Shown piece after piece: positions 1-61,986 of a stretch of DNA of 64,000 bases. Every line of letters begins with the position of its first letter. The stretch's first letter is position 1. The notes under the pieces were generated by a model. The model was not told the DNA's origin, did no database searches, and worked only from the letters and a program-made list of their open reading frames with translations. The position numbers and the translations under genes were made by a program. This DNA is from Bugula neritina (Eukaryota; Animalia; Bryozoa). Location: NCBI GenBank assembly GCA_964035545.1, contig CAXIUT010000110.1, positions 462-64,461 of the forward strand, written 5' to 3'.

Positions 1-409
1 GAAATAAAGAGTGGCAGTGTTGGGCCTTGTACCAGAGCCATATAGCCAGATGTTAGGGTCTGCAGCTTACTGAGAATTGGCTGTGTGCTAATCACAAAAG
101 TTTCTATATTTAAATACAACTTTATTAAAAAAAACAAGTTGCAATAAGTTTAAAATACAAATTTATTTTAAGTTTAAATGCTAGCTGTCCCTAACACAAG
201 TGATGCATTTGTAATAATAGTTATAGTATCTTATTGGAACTTTTTGTTTTAATGATTAAATTTAGTCAGAATACGTAATATAATATTAACTATGTACATA
301 GGTTTTTTACCATATATAGTATATTATTTTTCTAGTGTAGTTCCACACACACACTATATGAACGTAATATACATTAAAGTTATGAATATCAATTTACCAT
401 CTACTTCAG

Positions 410-3400
410 GAGGTTGCAGAAAAGTATGTGGAAGCACTCTACCAAATTGCAGCCATAAATGCAAACTCCTTTGTCATGTGACAGATAGCTCACACGTGAA
501 GTATCTCTGCGAAGAAAAATGTGAAAAAACATGCAGAGCTGGTCGTCATCCCTGTGCAGGTGAATGCAAGTTATATTTTATATAGTATTTCCTAACAATT
601 ATGAGTTTGTTGCAAAAGCAGCCTAGAGGTTAAAATATTTGGTTTAGCAAACTGACAGTCATGGGTTCAAACCCCAGTAAAGGCCATTCGTGTATTTAAT
701 ATACTCTTCTACACTATCACCATGAAGTCTACAATAAGGTATTAGGTATAAGTTGAGCTGTAATAAACTGCAAGGTATACAAAAATAATACAGAAAAACA
801 TGTACACAAAGTTATAATATATCACCCTAATTATAATAAAGATAACATAATTAATTTAAATATGAAATAACCACAAAATTATACAATGAAAAGCAAAAAA
901 AGTATAAATTTGATATGTGCCATTTGTAGCTATGCTTGCTAAACATCTTTTACTCTTTATGATTTTATAAAGTTATATTGACATTAGTTTTTTATTTAAC
1001 TGGCTTTTCTAAATGTTTTAAAGCTACTATATTTCACTCAGACAGTGTGCGTCTAATTAATATACCCTTAAACTAAATCTATAGTCAAACACCAGCAAAA
1101 AGTCAACAGTATAATATGTTTTAACTGCACTAATTTCAATTGTTAGACTTCATGTATGAGATCTAACTCTGCTATTATAAAAGAACTGATGAATCCTTCG
1201 CACACCTTGTTTATGCAGTATTAGAATATTCATATACATCTTAGCTATCATCTGCAGACTGTTTGAGGGTTGTATGCTTAAACAATCTTATTTTATAATA
1301 TTTTTTACAAACCATGCAGTCTTGGAAAAAAATTGAAATTTCTGATCCAATTCTGATAAAGTTTCCAGTCTTTTGAAGTATGTGGTCTTATAAAACTAAT
1401 ATACTAACAATTGCTAGCTTTTACAACTCAGCCTAGTCACCAACATAACTTTAAATTTCAAAGTTTAAACTGTAAATCACTTTTCAGTAATTTAAATTCC
1501 AGCTTAGTCTCTTTGCTTTGCTTTAGGATTCATACATATTAGTTTAAATATCAATACCTATGTCAATTTTAGGCAAATGCTTTGATGAACCATGTCCAAA
1601 ATGCCGAAAACTTTGTGAAGTAAAGTTACCATGCTCTCATACTTATGTTGTTACCTGCGAGAAAGTAGATAACGTGGAGAAATGCAAGCGCCATTGCTTA
1701 AAACCACTTAAATGTGGACATAAATGCCAAAAAATGTAAGTGTGAAATATATAGGTATAGGATCGTGCCAATTAATTTTTATGTCTCTTTGTTGATATGT
1801 GTTAAATATAAGGTAAAATTTCTACCACTTGGATTCATTTTGAGTTGAAGCTTTGCACAGATGTCAACTAAATGTTCTGCCAATGTAAAAAAATAGAATG
1901 GGGTAATTTTCTCTACAGAGACATTATTAGAAAAAGTAAAATCCCATATCATATATCTGCATTGGCTTTAATGTCTCATGTTGAAAATTATCAATATTAG
2001 ATTATTATCCATTTTAAAAAATGTATACTAAATTTTCCTGGTAATTAAAAACGCATTTAAATTAGGTATCTATATATAGTTTATATTTTTTCTGAAGATG
2101 TTCAGAGCCATGTACAGAGGAATGTTCCCAGCTGGTGGAGGTAACATGTTCCGAATGTGAGGAGATACAGACTGTAACTTGTCATATCTCTACTAACCCA
2201 GAGCTGTTCGAGTGTGCAGCTCCCTGTACTGGGATATTAGACTGTGGTCACAAGTGTAGAGGAACATGTTATTCCTGGTAAGAGTAAACTTTATATCTTA
2301 TGACTTACTTCAATCATAATTTTTATATCACTCTAAATAGTGCAAGGTGCTTATAAATTTATTTACTTGCTTTACTGAAAAACAGTAGAAAACTGCAAAA
2401 CATCAAAACCCCACAGGCATGTCTTTTAGCTAAAGAATATATGTAACAGTGCAGATTTACATAGCTCACTTTATTTATGCTTATTTTTGCAATTTGAGTA
2501 AACAATATTTTTTCATCTAACTTTGCAAGTGATGCCATAAGCTGCCAGTACGAAACATAAAGTGTATCAATCTTGACAATTTTTTCCAGTTCGACTAGTA
2601 AAAATGAACTGCAAAATATAAAACCCTATAAGTAACAACTAATCTGCTAGCATTTGCTGCATAACCTAAAGAAATAATAGTTCCCATGTTTTGTAGTCTA
2701 GAAAATCAACATACAGCTTGTCAGGAGAAATGTGGTGCTAAGTTGTCTTGTGGACATGACTGCACAGAGATTTGCGGAAATTGGTAAACCTGAAACTATT
2801 AAATTATAATTTGGTGAACTAATAAAGTTTACGGACTAGAAAACACCTAGTTGAAGTGTTGCAGGTCTTTGAGCTTTCTGCTAGTCACAAAATATTAAAC
2901 TTGTTAGCAATTACTTTTTAGCATTTACAGTAGACACTTGGAATTTAGATGTATTTGTTCAATTATTGGAAAACTAACAACATATTTAAAAGCATAATTA
3001 GACAGTTTTAGGGCAATTTTATTTTGATGGCACTTAGAAATTATTGTGTATAGGTTGTTCTAATCTTAATAATTTAATCACTCTAAAAGCTACGTGCTTC
3101 TTTAACTGATGCTGCCAAATGCATGTGCACCAAAGCTTATACACACAAACACAGCACACAGCACACATTTAAATTTTAATTTAATTATAAATATGTCCAA
3201 GAAGCATCAGAGTGACAAAATCGAAACCGAGTGAAATCTACTTGTTGATACAATTAGTGAAACATAACAATGTTTCAAAGTTATAACCCCTATTAGGCCC
3301 AATAATTGGCTGAATTTAAATATTAAATGCATAGAATAAAATTTAAATGTAAACTATATTCATTAAAGAAAGTTCAAAGTGACATATATGTTTTGAATAT

Positions 3401-6400
3401 TTATTGCCTCATTACAATTTTAGCCAAGATGAAGATCACCCTCCCTGCAAACATTCATGTGATGAAAAGCTAAGCTGTGGTCACATTTGTACAGAGATCT
3501 GTTCAGATTGGTAGGTTTTAGCTTTTTTCTAGTTTTTAAAAAGTTGGGAGATTGAACTTGATTTAGGGGAAACCTGCGGGTGAAATGAACCACCCGGGTG
3601 ATATGGACCATGCATGTTTTGCAGTATCTAAGGTTACCAGAAAGTTGGAAAGTGTCTTATTGTTTAGAAATAGGAATATCTAAATTCCTGTCTACATATT
3701 TCAAGTTTGTCTCTTTGTCTTAGAAAATAAAAACAAATTTTCTCTTTTTGCTCATTTTCTTATAACTTTTCACAACTTTTGTGGATCTATTTTCATTGAA
3801 AAAAATTACCTGAAGTAAGGGGCCTGTATCTACAGATAATGTGTGGAAGGTATGTATAAATACCCAAATAGTATAGATAATTCTTGTCCACTCTCTGTCT
3901 GTAGGAATTCAAAATTTTTGGTGACATGATTTTTGGGTGATATGAACCGCCACTTGGGGGGTGTTATGGACCGTGGATCATATCACTCAGGAAATTGAAT
4001 ATTTCTTTTTATATACTTGTTTGGAGAAAAATAACACTATTTCTCAAGTATTTCAAACTAAATATTGATTAAACAACATTATATAACCAGTAGCTGTAGA
4101 ATGTGTGCTTGAAATGTTCATACTCATGCAATGTATTCTAGATGCCAAGATATTCTTTCAAAAATATTTGAAATGCTTGGAGTTAGGTGGCACTAAAAGA
4201 ACCTGTTACACACCTATTTTAGATCTATTGTTTTATGTTACTTTTTAATATAGCAAAATACATTGTCAACACCAAAAAGCTGACTTTATGTGACAAAGTC
4301 TGTGGTGGCCCATATCACCCGAATTTTCAAAAAATCTCCGGGTGATATGGTCCACCAATTTTCAATCATAGCTCAGTCAAGCATCTGTATAGGAGCTCAT
4401 AATTCTGTTTGTATGTCAGTAGAGATAGCACCCACATGTTGAAATACTAATTTTCAATCAACCATAGTCAGTATGGGCTGTGGGCTTAAGTGGCCCATAT
4501 CACCCAGGTTTCCCTTACCAACTTGTTCCTTTAATTTTGTGCAGTAGCAACTCTGATGAGCATGCACCATGCAATGCTGTCTGTAAGAAAATACTAGATT
4601 GTGGCCATGAATGTGAAAGAAGATGCAAAACCTGTCAGGCTGAGAAAAGCCATGGAGATTGCAACGAAAAATGTCAGCTCAGGTGCGTATTGCATTCTCT
4701 TATTTTTTTAGAGCATCTATCATTTTATATATTATTATAAAGTTTTTGAATATTTAGCTATAGCTATGAAACGTGTTTTAATTATTAGGAAATTACTGTG
4801 GTATTTGTTCACTTTTTAGAAGTCTTGAAATTATTGCATCATTAGATTTCACAATCCTGCTTTCAGATGCAGTCATGGTAAAGCATGTGAAGCAAAATGC
4901 TATGAGTTATGTCACTATCCATGTAAGACGTTCTGTTCATGGGGTTGCTTGACATGTGGCACCTGCAAACGTAGATGTGGGGAACCTTGCAAGCACATTA
5001 ACTGCACTTGCCGATGCTCATACAAAATTCACTGCAAAATGTGTCATAAGGTAAAGTAATTTGTGTTTGCTATATATAAAAACAAACTTGAAAATAATCA
5101 ATATAAGCTCTTTTACCAAAAAAGCTTCAGTATATTAGAAATATATAACTTTTTATATATAAAAAGAATTTTTTTTGTACTACTTCTAATAGAATTTTAA
5201 AACATTTTCAAGTCTTTTCAATGTTTTTTCTATAAGATTAATATTTGTAAGGTTTTCAAGTAAACTTTATACTAACCACATGTTAATTTCCGTATCACAA
5301 GTGCATAAACTATTTTAGAAATTATTGAACATTGACCACTCACATTTTTTTGCAAAATTCATTAGCTGCAGTTTTTTAGCTTTTAGATTTGTATGTGTCA
5401 CAGTTTGAACTATATGAATTTTTTTAATCTGGAATATTTGACAATTTTTTCACACCATAATAAAAATAAAATGCTCACATGAAAATAATCACGTATATAA
5501 AACAGCAGTAACTGATATTCTAGTGTGCTATAATGCTAAACTAGTTGTTGCTTATTGTTGACACTTAATAAAAGTACATATTTTTGAGGCTCTACTTTTA
5601 GTTTCATTAAAATCATTATTTTGATCCTTTCGTGTTCATAGCTTAATTTAGCACATCCATTATTTTGCTCATTCTAGAAGATCAACTGCCATGGTTTAAA
5701 GGGAGAGCCGTGCCCTGAGCTATGCTCATCTTGTGCCAACTCTTTAATGAAAACTAATAAAAATAAATTGCCCGAAGCTATAGACAGAGAAGAACCTCTG
5801 AGATGGCTAAAGCTGGTTGACTGTGACCATATTCTTCCTGTGAGTGAGGAATAGGCTGATTCTTATACATCTTGTGTGTATAACACCAGCACTCATTAGC
5901 TCTTTGCAATGCGACTGCTATGAAAATGTTACATTATTTAATATGTTGAATATGCTGCAATAATTGAGCAGTTATATTATTCATACACCAATGTTTCATA
6001 ACAGCAAAATTTTATTAGACATGATTTAAAATTGCAATTGAAACATGTTTCACATATAAATGTGTTATATAAGCACTAATAACAGGATTTTAGTGACTAA
6101 ATTTTTTTCTTAAATTATGCAGCAAGACTTATAACTCCTAACTGCTCTATTAGTCATCTACTGCCGTTTGAAAATGACTAGATTTCGTAAGTAGAAAATT
6201 TTTTTTACACACTTTAGAAACATTATAAAAACTATAATAACGTATTTATATTAGTCCACATTTGAATTCTGTTCAAACTTATAAGTATCTGAGTTAAAAG
6301 TGAGTTAGCTGCATATTGAACAGAAAACAATTAAAATGGTAACATACAGTACTGTTACTAATCAATGTTTCACTAACATCAATTGTTTATAATAATATGC

Positions 6401-6823
6401 TAAAATAATAAATTGAACTTTGAGCAATTAAAATAATAAAAGATATTTATGCTGAGAAGTGTGGCTATTGAAACATTGCAGCTGGAGTATATGGAGAAGG
6501 CAGCAAGATCCAGTAGTTCAGGACGAGTCTTATGTCCATATAATGATTGTGGTAAAGCAGTACTAAGCACTAAGAGGATGATAAAAATTGCCTGGGAGGT
6601 GAAATGTGACCAGGTCCAGAAGATAGAGAAATGCATGGATACCAGAAAAGATGGGCACAGTGTCTCTAAAAAAAGACCTGCTGTTGATGCTTCAACAGCA
6701 GACAACTCCAAAAGAAAAAAGTCTGAGAGGCCAAGTGAAAAAAATGCTTGGCTAAACATATGTTATGAGCGACACAACGCCCACTCAGCAAAAAGTAAAT
6801 TTTGCTTTTATATGATGCATTAG
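410..6823 (+). CDS. ZNFX1: ZNFX1-like protein, paralog A, 3' part only (NF-X1-type Cys/His zinc-finger repeats and RING-like segment); 5' part lies upstream of the window
   Basis: Phase-compatible AG/GT exons: 410-559, 1573-1735, 2098-2277, 2697-2783, 3424-3510, 4545-4682, 4867-5050, 5678-5839, 6482-6823. They encode repeated LxCGHxCxxxC motifs and LVDCDHILP...LCPYNDC. Exon-for-exon homologous to 55382-61164. The stop at 6823 may be intronic (see next feature). Confidence 0.85.
3566..4515. mobile_element. Non-autonomous DNA transposon (MITE-like, about 950 bp), specific to paralog A
   Basis: TIR GGGGAAACCTG / CAGGTTTCCC(T), with a TA or TTA duplication. The empty site cttgatttaccaac is present in paralog B (about 58901). 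The motif GGGTGATATGGACC recurs about 7 times in both orientations. Confidence 0.85.
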
Positions 6824-7008
6824 TGTAGCAAATTATAAATTAACTACTTAGGTTTTTAATTTAATTTTTTCACAATAAAAACTAATTGCGCCATGCATAT
6901 AATAAATTAGGCAAAGAAAAGGACTACAAACTATAATAAAAGAAATGTGCAACATAAACATATTATTTCTACTGTATCTCATTTGTTTTTCAATTTTTTC
7001 ACATATAG

Positions 7009-9215
<2,207 letters not shown>

Positions 9216-11943
9216 CGATGTGTGTGACTAGCAAAATACGCATTGTTCATTATCAAACAAGTAATAAGTGTTAATAGCTATTTGAGAGATGAAACATTTC
9301 ACATTCATGCGTTTGAAGCAATACTTCCTCTAACTATGTGCTGGAAATGAGCCATCAGCTGATAAAAACAGGTTAAACTTCAGTTTATATTAGAATAATG
9401 TCAAACCAGTTAATAAAATGCAATAATATTGGGTGAAAAGGCAACGTTCTAAAATGGGGGAGATAACTCCGATTTTGACGTTTTTGATTTTCAGAGCTGT
9501 AAAAAAGTTCTGATGGTCAGAATATACTAGAAATTAGTGTGACTTATAAGGACACTAAAGAGTGTCTACATGCTAAAAATTACCATTCTAGATGCTACAA
9601 CAAAAAAGTGGCGGCTTAGAAAATATCAGGTACATCCAAAAAAGCAATACATTATGCCATAGGCTCCGCCCACCTATTAATTTTTAGTCACAATTTTTTT
9701 ATGAAATACTTTCATAGGTGTACAACATATCCAAAAATTATTTTTAAATTTTAAACTCAAATTACTCAATTAATTGCATATTTAAAATTTCATGATGCCC
9801 CTAAAAAATTCGCCAACCCCTGTATATCCACCCCTTTCAAGCGAGAACCCCCCCCCCAGATACAAAAAAGTTACTTGCAGATTTGAAATCAATAGAATGT
9901 TGGCTTCGCAGTGATATATAGCAACAAAGGTTAGTATCAATGTGCTCCACCCGCCCATTTTTGCATGTTGGCACCCCCATTATAAGTAATGCAAATATAA
10001 ACCACAAAGTAGGGGCATGTCTATGCACTAAATTAAAGTGCATCTCATAGCCACCCATCATTTTCTTTAGTACAAAGTGGGTAGTTCCAGTACTTCTCAA
10101 TCAGAAATGTTCTGAAAAGTGAACAATCATCTCCATATTTAAACATTGAATTCGAATAAATTTATCTGAGCTGAGAAGGAGCATAGAAAGTACTGTATGT
10201 TTATTATTCTTATATACACAATAGTCAAACTCTAAGCCCTATAGTGCTAAATTAAAATTTAGGAAAGCCAGTTTATCTGTTCCAAGCATATTTTTTTAAT
10301 ATGATGTCCAATAAATTGGCAATAAATATAACTCACTGCCTTTCATGTTTTGTGTGGTCTTTTGAAGCTTCACAGCTAAGATAGACTATAAATAGTTTAT
10401 AATGTAATTTCATCTGAGGATTGTATATGTTAAAAAGATAGCATAATGCTGTCAGAAAGTAGTTCTGTGCTGTTTGCCAAATGCCAATGGCTTTGTGCTT
10501 TGCCTGTATTGATAAGTATAAGTTTAATTATGTAACAGGTATTTTCATATAGACATTGCAGTATGTATGCAATTTTACAAAACAAAAAAAGTCTTATATT
10601 AGTTATGTGTGTACCAGTCTGGTTGCATATGGACACCTTAAGCAGAAAAATATATAAATCAATTAAATATTATGCAAAAGTAAATAACTAAAATTTTTTG
10701 CTTTGATTTATTAAAACAACTGACAATATACTTTGTAAAACTTTGTAAGCAATCCAGTGTGAAAAAGTTAGTTAAACAATTGGGCGTTGCTTATTCATTC
10801 CAGGTTGCAATTAAAAAATTTAAATCAAATAAACTTAAAATTTGCCCCAAACGAAAAAAAAGAATGCATGCAAAATGTTTTCCAGCAGCATTTACAAGTG
10901 CATTGCATAGTTTTCCTTCTTTTAATCATAATCTTATTTTTCTATTTCCACATATCTACTGTTTTATATATTATCTGCTTCATAAAACAACTTTTGCCAC
11001 CACTAGGATTCGAATCCGAGACCTCTAGCTTGTGTCAGATTAAAAAATACATAGTGCCTTTGCAGAGTAGATACTGTAGAATTCATAGAGAATAATATGC
11101 TGGTAATGATTATAGTGGAGTTAACCATTCATGTAGGCTATGTGTGGTAAATAACTTACCAAGTAAATGTAATTCATAATATTAGCACAATCTGATGTTT
11201 ATCAATGGAAATAGAGGTAATGAAAGTGAGTGGAACTTTAATGAAGTCTACATGGAAAGTAACTAAGCTAAATAGTGGTAGTTAATTATAACATAATTCT
11301 CAGAAAGTTCTTAGAAAGTGAACTATTCTTGGGAGAGTAAGTAATTGTAGATATATGAGGTTTTCTTTCTTTTTGTTTAACTCTTATAACTTCTGTATTT
11401 CACAAGTTATACCTTTAAGATATTTCACCAGCTCGCTGAAATACAACTTTGTCTTTTTGAGACTTTCAGTAAGATGACTGCTGTGACCGGTTGACATAAA
11501 ATTTATAAATTATTATATTTGCTCCACCACAGGGTATGTAGACTACACTGCATCTACAGCATTCAAGAAAAAGTATGGAATACATATTCTGGAAGCAATA
11601 GACTTGTTACTTGAGTAAATTTGAAACTGAAATATGCAAATTTAAATGAGCTAGGCTTCATGATCCTGCATGAAAATTGCTCTCAAGTCTAAACAAAAAA
11701 TGCTTTAATTAATTAATATACCAAACATAGGATTTCTAGCCCTTTGAATAATGCAAATATAATAATATGCTTATAGTAATGTGGTATTATATACAAGTAA
11801 TTGTGGTATAGGAATAATTATACGTACATGCCTTGTTCACAGCTTTCCATGCTCTTGGATAGTCAACACCGATCTGAGACCAGCAGCTCAGTTAGTTAAG
11901 TACAACATATCTGTATCTGCTGTTTAATTTTGTTAAATACACA

Positions 11944-12536
11944 ATGGCTGATAAGTTTCCAGTGATCACAAAATCGATACGAAAAATTATAGTTACTGAT
12001 TATGATGATGAAATTCAAAAATAGAAGGAGGCTCGGAGGTTAAAAGAAAAGAAAGAAAAGGCATTAGCTATAAGTGTTACGAATGTAGGTGATAAGTGGG
12101 GGCAATGCTATTTTATTAATATTTTATTATTACTATATCATTGCTGCTATATTATTACCACTATGTTACTACTATTATATTATTACTATTATATTATTTT
12201 ATTACTATATTATTGCTGCTATATATCATATTACCACTATATTACTATACTTGCATGCTATGTTGATCCTCCTAAATTCTTACTATAAGATTTTTACTTA
12301 CTCTATTTACTACTTTGAAAATTTTAATTAATGATCTAGCTCATCACTGATTATAGTTTTGCGCATTATAATAACACTCTACATTGCTTTAGTGTGTCGT
12401 AATATTATTTTTGAGTTGTATTTTGTTTAAGATGTTAAATATTGGTGGCTGAATGGCCCAAGAGGCGTGGCATCATTATGTATATTGGAGAAGGTTTTTG
12501 GAGAGAACTGATGGTAGGAGTTGAGTATGACCGCTG
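11944..12536 (+). pseudogene. TBCB-like (tubulin folding cofactor B) CAP-Gly pseudogene fragment
   Basis: 11944-12095 reads MADKFPVITKSIRKIIVTDYDDEIQK*KEARRLKEKKEKALAISVTNVGD. 12432-12536 reads C*ILVAEWPKRRGIIMYIGEGFWRELMVGVEYD. These resemble the TBCB coiled coil and the start of CAP-Gly (VGxRC...RRGxVMYVG...GVxYDEP). There are two in-frame stops and no ubiquitin-like domain. Confidence 0.55.
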
Positions 12537-15500
12537 GTAAGTTTTGCTTGTTTGGCAGAATTTTTATCTGCTGGAGTTTAGGCAGCACCTAATCACAGCT
12601 GCCAAGTTTAGACTCCTTGTAATATACACTGTAAAAAATTTTTGTGTGTACTAGTTCTCAAGGAAAAAACCACACTTTAGAATATATACCCACTTGTGAT
12701 GAGTCTGTGAGGGTAGACACAGTTTCAGCTTATGTTTTCGATTGTGTTTTTTATCTTTTTATCTAGTAACTCAAGCTTCAGCCTCTAATGTCTACCACAT
12801 GTCTCGGAGCTTTAGTTTTTTTTTTGGTCCCTTAATTTATCAATATAACATCTCTGATATGGTGGTCTGGTTAATATGAAAGAACTGGCCTTCTAATTTA
12901 GTTAAAAGCTGTATTGTAGGTCAAGGTCAATATTATTATATACTTGACCGCACAGTATAACATTGATATTGCATAAAAACTCATTGGGATTACTTATAAG
13001 CGTTGCATAAGCTAAGTTAATACAAATGCACAATATCATATTATACTATAAGTTGGTTACAAAGTCAACTTTTTTTGCATAACCTACTAAAAAAACTTTG
13101 GCAAACAGAAAAATTAAATATAATTAATAACAGCTGCAGTCTATTGCCGGAAAGTCTTGATTTATGAACAGTAAAAGTGTGTGAACTAAGAAAAGAAAAA
13201 AACTAACAATATTAATAAAATCAAGTTTAGTTCCACAGCAAAAGTTACAAAAAATCCTAGTTCAATAAATAAAAACTGCTAATAAGAGAGCTAAACTTTT
13301 GACCAAATATAACGGAGCAAAACTATAATCAATATAACAGTTAATCGCACTAATTCCAGTCTACTTAGTCAGCTTAAAATACTGCTTTTTATAATTTGCT
13401 GAAAGAAAAGAAGTGATTCAAAAACTTATCATACATGCAAAGTATAGCCACACCTTTTTTAGCTTTCAGCTATTCACTATTATATAAATAGTTTAAGCTT
13501 GTAGTACAGCTTATCTATCTACAAGTGAATTCGATGTAATTTGTATAGTATATTGGTGAAATATTACATTAAAATGAAAAAAAAATAAAATACACTCCAT
13601 ATTTATACTAGTGCACTTTTTGTAAATAATAAAGTTGTTCAAGTTTAAAATTAAAATTATTTATATAGATCCTATTTTTTCTTTGAGAAATCTAATTTGT
13701 AGCTATCAAATTATTTTTACAAAATTCACACATGAAACATTTAGTATCCTAAAAGCTGCATTTGAAAGTGTTTGTTTGAAAAAGTAATTTCATCAAACAA
13801 TATGCTAATAATAAAACACACTTGTTAAATATTGGATATAATAGCCTTAAAAATATGTAGATTGAGTGGTTATTTGGTGCTGAATTGTGCCTTCTTTCAA
13901 GTTAAAGAGCTGCGTGCATTTCATATGTTGAAATATAACTTGATATATTTTTAAAAAAATGCCTAGCTGCTAAAATAAATAGAATTATGCTATATAATTC
14001 AATCATAAGTATAAAATTATTAAGTCATGCTATTTAAATCAAAAGGAAGAAGGGAAATATTGTTTATGTTATTTACTAAGCTAATATTATTAGAACATTT
14101 TGAATTAATTAAGCTGTAAAATTAATATAATTATGTTATAACGATGCTAAGTTGTGTATTCCTGCATCAGTTGTTGGAAGTTTAACACCATAGCTATTTA
14201 GCATTTTATAGTACAGTGCTCCTTCTATATCTTACAAAAACTCAGAGGTCACTATAAAAGGGCTTAATTGGATCTTGTTTTGTGGCTTATGTATATGTGT
14301 ATAGAGACAAAATAGCCACATGTAGTTGATCTGTGGGTTGAATGTGATATTCTACTGTGTCATAAATTAACATTTTGGACCTGCTGCTTATAGTGAAATA
14401 TGGAGAGAGTACTGTACATTTGTTAGTCACCTATAATCAGTGATGGGGTTATTTTATTTAAAATCAATGTTATTTTGATTTTAGAGTTGTATTTCCCAAA
14501 TTCTGGTCTAAACATATTTTTCATCAATCACCACAAGACTCTGCCATATATTATTAAAAATTTAATTTATTTTATGTATCTAAACATTCTCAATTACATA
14601 AAAAACAGCATTGTTGTAAGAAAACTATCATTTTGCAAAATCGAAAACATTAAGACAAGATAAAGTGCTTATGAGAAAGCGCATCAGTTTATAAAAGACA
14701 AGTTTCTTTTATCTCATATAAGTTATCGTTCTGCTAAAACTCTCTGTGCTATCAGTTTGAGTAAAGCTCAACAGCTAGAGAACCATATGTATAGCTGTCT
14801 TACCAGTTATATGTATGTACAACATGGTACTATTGTATATTGCTTGTATAGTAGAATTAAGTTATAGTGTGAAGGATGCCAAGGAAATAAAACACAAACC
14901 ACCTGGCGCTGCTGCAAGTAAAAAGGCTTTTTATTAGCAACTAGAATAGACAAAGCTAACGACAATGTTTTTTTTCTACATAACAATTAGTTTTTATTCT
15001 CTGTGCGGTATCCAGAGTCGGTGTTCTACAAACACAGTGTACAGCACTTTGGAACCTTTCATGTGCTGGTTTTTAAGTCTATATGCTATACATAAATTTA
15101 TATATCTGTAAATAGAAATATATAAATAATGGTTAACTTAATGAATACGTTCCCATTAGAGTAACTTATATAACACCAGCTATGATTGTAAATCTTATCA
15201 GTATGGGATGCAGCAACATTCTAGTTTTTCGGAAAATAATCCACCTTCATTCGACCTGACCAGTCATGATCATAGCTTTAAAGTAAAATTATGCTTGCCT
15301 GCTTATTTCAAAGCGTGTAATTGTATTCAATTGCTAAACTACTGAAACTCTATTTAATTGTCGAAACTACTATATAATAATATTATATTGCAGATGCTTG
15401 GTTTAGAACTTGTGTGCGTGCGTGCGTGTGTGTGTTGTAGAACCACTTATTTGGTGTATATAAAGTAAGTTTGACTATAGTATTGTATTGGAACCTTTGT

Positions 15501-16605
15501 TGAGTAAAATTTTATAAGTTCATTAAAAGTTAGCAATGCCGACAGGCAAACTCCGCTTAAGTAAAGCTGTCTGCCCAAGGGGGACAACTTCCTTTGATAC
15601 TTGCAACATTAACTCAACAATGTAATGGCTAAATATACCTATAAAGCTGTACTGTATGTTAGGAAGATACATTAATTCTAGTAATTAATAATTATATGTG
15701 TCATAGAGCTTGTTTTGTTTAAATCACTGAACAATAATGAAGACACATCTAGCTCGTGGAATGTTGATGTGTTCCAATTCATTTATTGCTTTATTGATTT
15801 ATATTCCCTGGCATTTTGTGAGCACAAATGTGGTGCTATATTTCCTGCTTACAAATTTCCAAGTTCGAGACTTCCCCAACAAACAAAAGATTTTAACACA
15901 AAACAAAGCTTGATTATTATTGGATCCTTAACAAAGCAAAGTGCAGTTTATTATGATGCCCGGTATATCAGAATTTGATGTCAGATTTAATATGAGACAA
16001 ACTTAAAAAAGAGGTCTTTATTGTTTCATTTTGTTGTAATTATAAATATACGTATTAATTAAATTCATATTTTCAAGATCATTCAATATAACAGTGCTAC
16101 CATCTCAACTTGGCTACATATATAATTCTGTCTAATAAGATGAAACCAAGCTGGTTTGACATAATATACCAGGTAATATTACATTTAAATCTGTAAAATT
16201 TTACCGATCCGCTATATAACTAACATATATTTTGCACTTTTTTTACTGCATGGTTCAAAAATATGTTTGACTACAATGATTGTGTACTGTCAAATTATAA
16301 AAGTATGCATGATACATAAAACTTCACAAATGAATAATAGCATAGTTATGTAATAAGGTTGTGAAAGAAATACAATGAATAGTGCCAGTGAATTCAACCA
16401 TATCTTTGATTAAACAGCATGGTTACATTAATGCATCAATCAGCAAGTAAAATCAATACCTTGTGTTCAATAACAAAGACATAATGGGGCACTAGTTAGT
16501 TTAAACAGTATGTTGTTTAGCACAGGTTTTATAACAAATGCTGATTCTGATTGCAGCGGTGGCGTTTTTAAGACAAGCATTCTCCTAGCAGAGGAGTTGA
16601 CTTAA

Positions 16606-16623
16606 ATGGAAAATCCGGAATAA
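16606..16623 (+). promoter_or_regulatory. Candidate upstream ORF (MENPE*) ending 2 nt before the ZNFX1 start codon
   Basis: ATG GAA AAT CCG GAA TAA ag ATG TTC AAG; it lies downstream of a ttgcag acceptor at 16556. Confidence 0.4.
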
Positions 16624-16625
16624 AG

Positions 16626-61164
<44,539 letters not shown>

Positions 61165-61928
61165 TGTAGCAAATTATAAATTAACTACTTTGGTTTTTGA
61201 TTTCATTTTTTCACAACAAAAAATAATTGCGCCATGCATATAATAAATTAGGCAAAGAAAAGGACTACAAACTATAATAAAAGAAATGTGCAACATAAAC
61301 ATATTATTTCTACTGTATCTCATTTGTTTTTCAATTTTTTCACATATAGGCTACACTATAACATACTTTGAAATACCCCATTGTGGGACAATGTATATTG
61401 CAAGTAAAGTTATAGGAAATGCATACAAGCTTAATGAAAGACAAACTAGACTTTTGTCTACAATTCTCGAACCATTGCTAAATTGCCACTTTTTTTATAT
61501 GTTAATTGACAACAAGTTACATAATTATATTGCTGAAAATTGAATCTGGTGTACTAAACACATGCATTATTAAAGCTAAAAGTCAGCATAGACACAGACA
61601 ATAATTATCACAAACAGAATGCTTTAGACACTAGATATATTTAGTGTGTACTTGTATAATTTTATAGTACTTTTATGAAGTCCTTTTTTCAAAAATTCTA
61701 TAGTGGAAATACTGAGTATTTTGTACCTATAAAATAATATATGCTACAATATATATGTATATTATGTAGATACAAGCTATAACAAAAGAGATAGGAGAAA
61801 GAAAATTGAATATACGGATATCAGCATGTTTTTTGGCTAAAAAGCTACATATTCTAAATACAAATGCAATTACAATGCTATATACAACTGTACTATTATG
61901 CTATGATATGATAATTATATATATATAT

Positions 61929-61983
<55 letters not shown>

Positions 61984-61986
<3 letters not shown>

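Noticed and set aside
9430-10100. Possible DNA transposon remnant ending ccaacccctg|tata near 9822
   Set aside because: No convincing matching terminus, TSD or second copy in the window.
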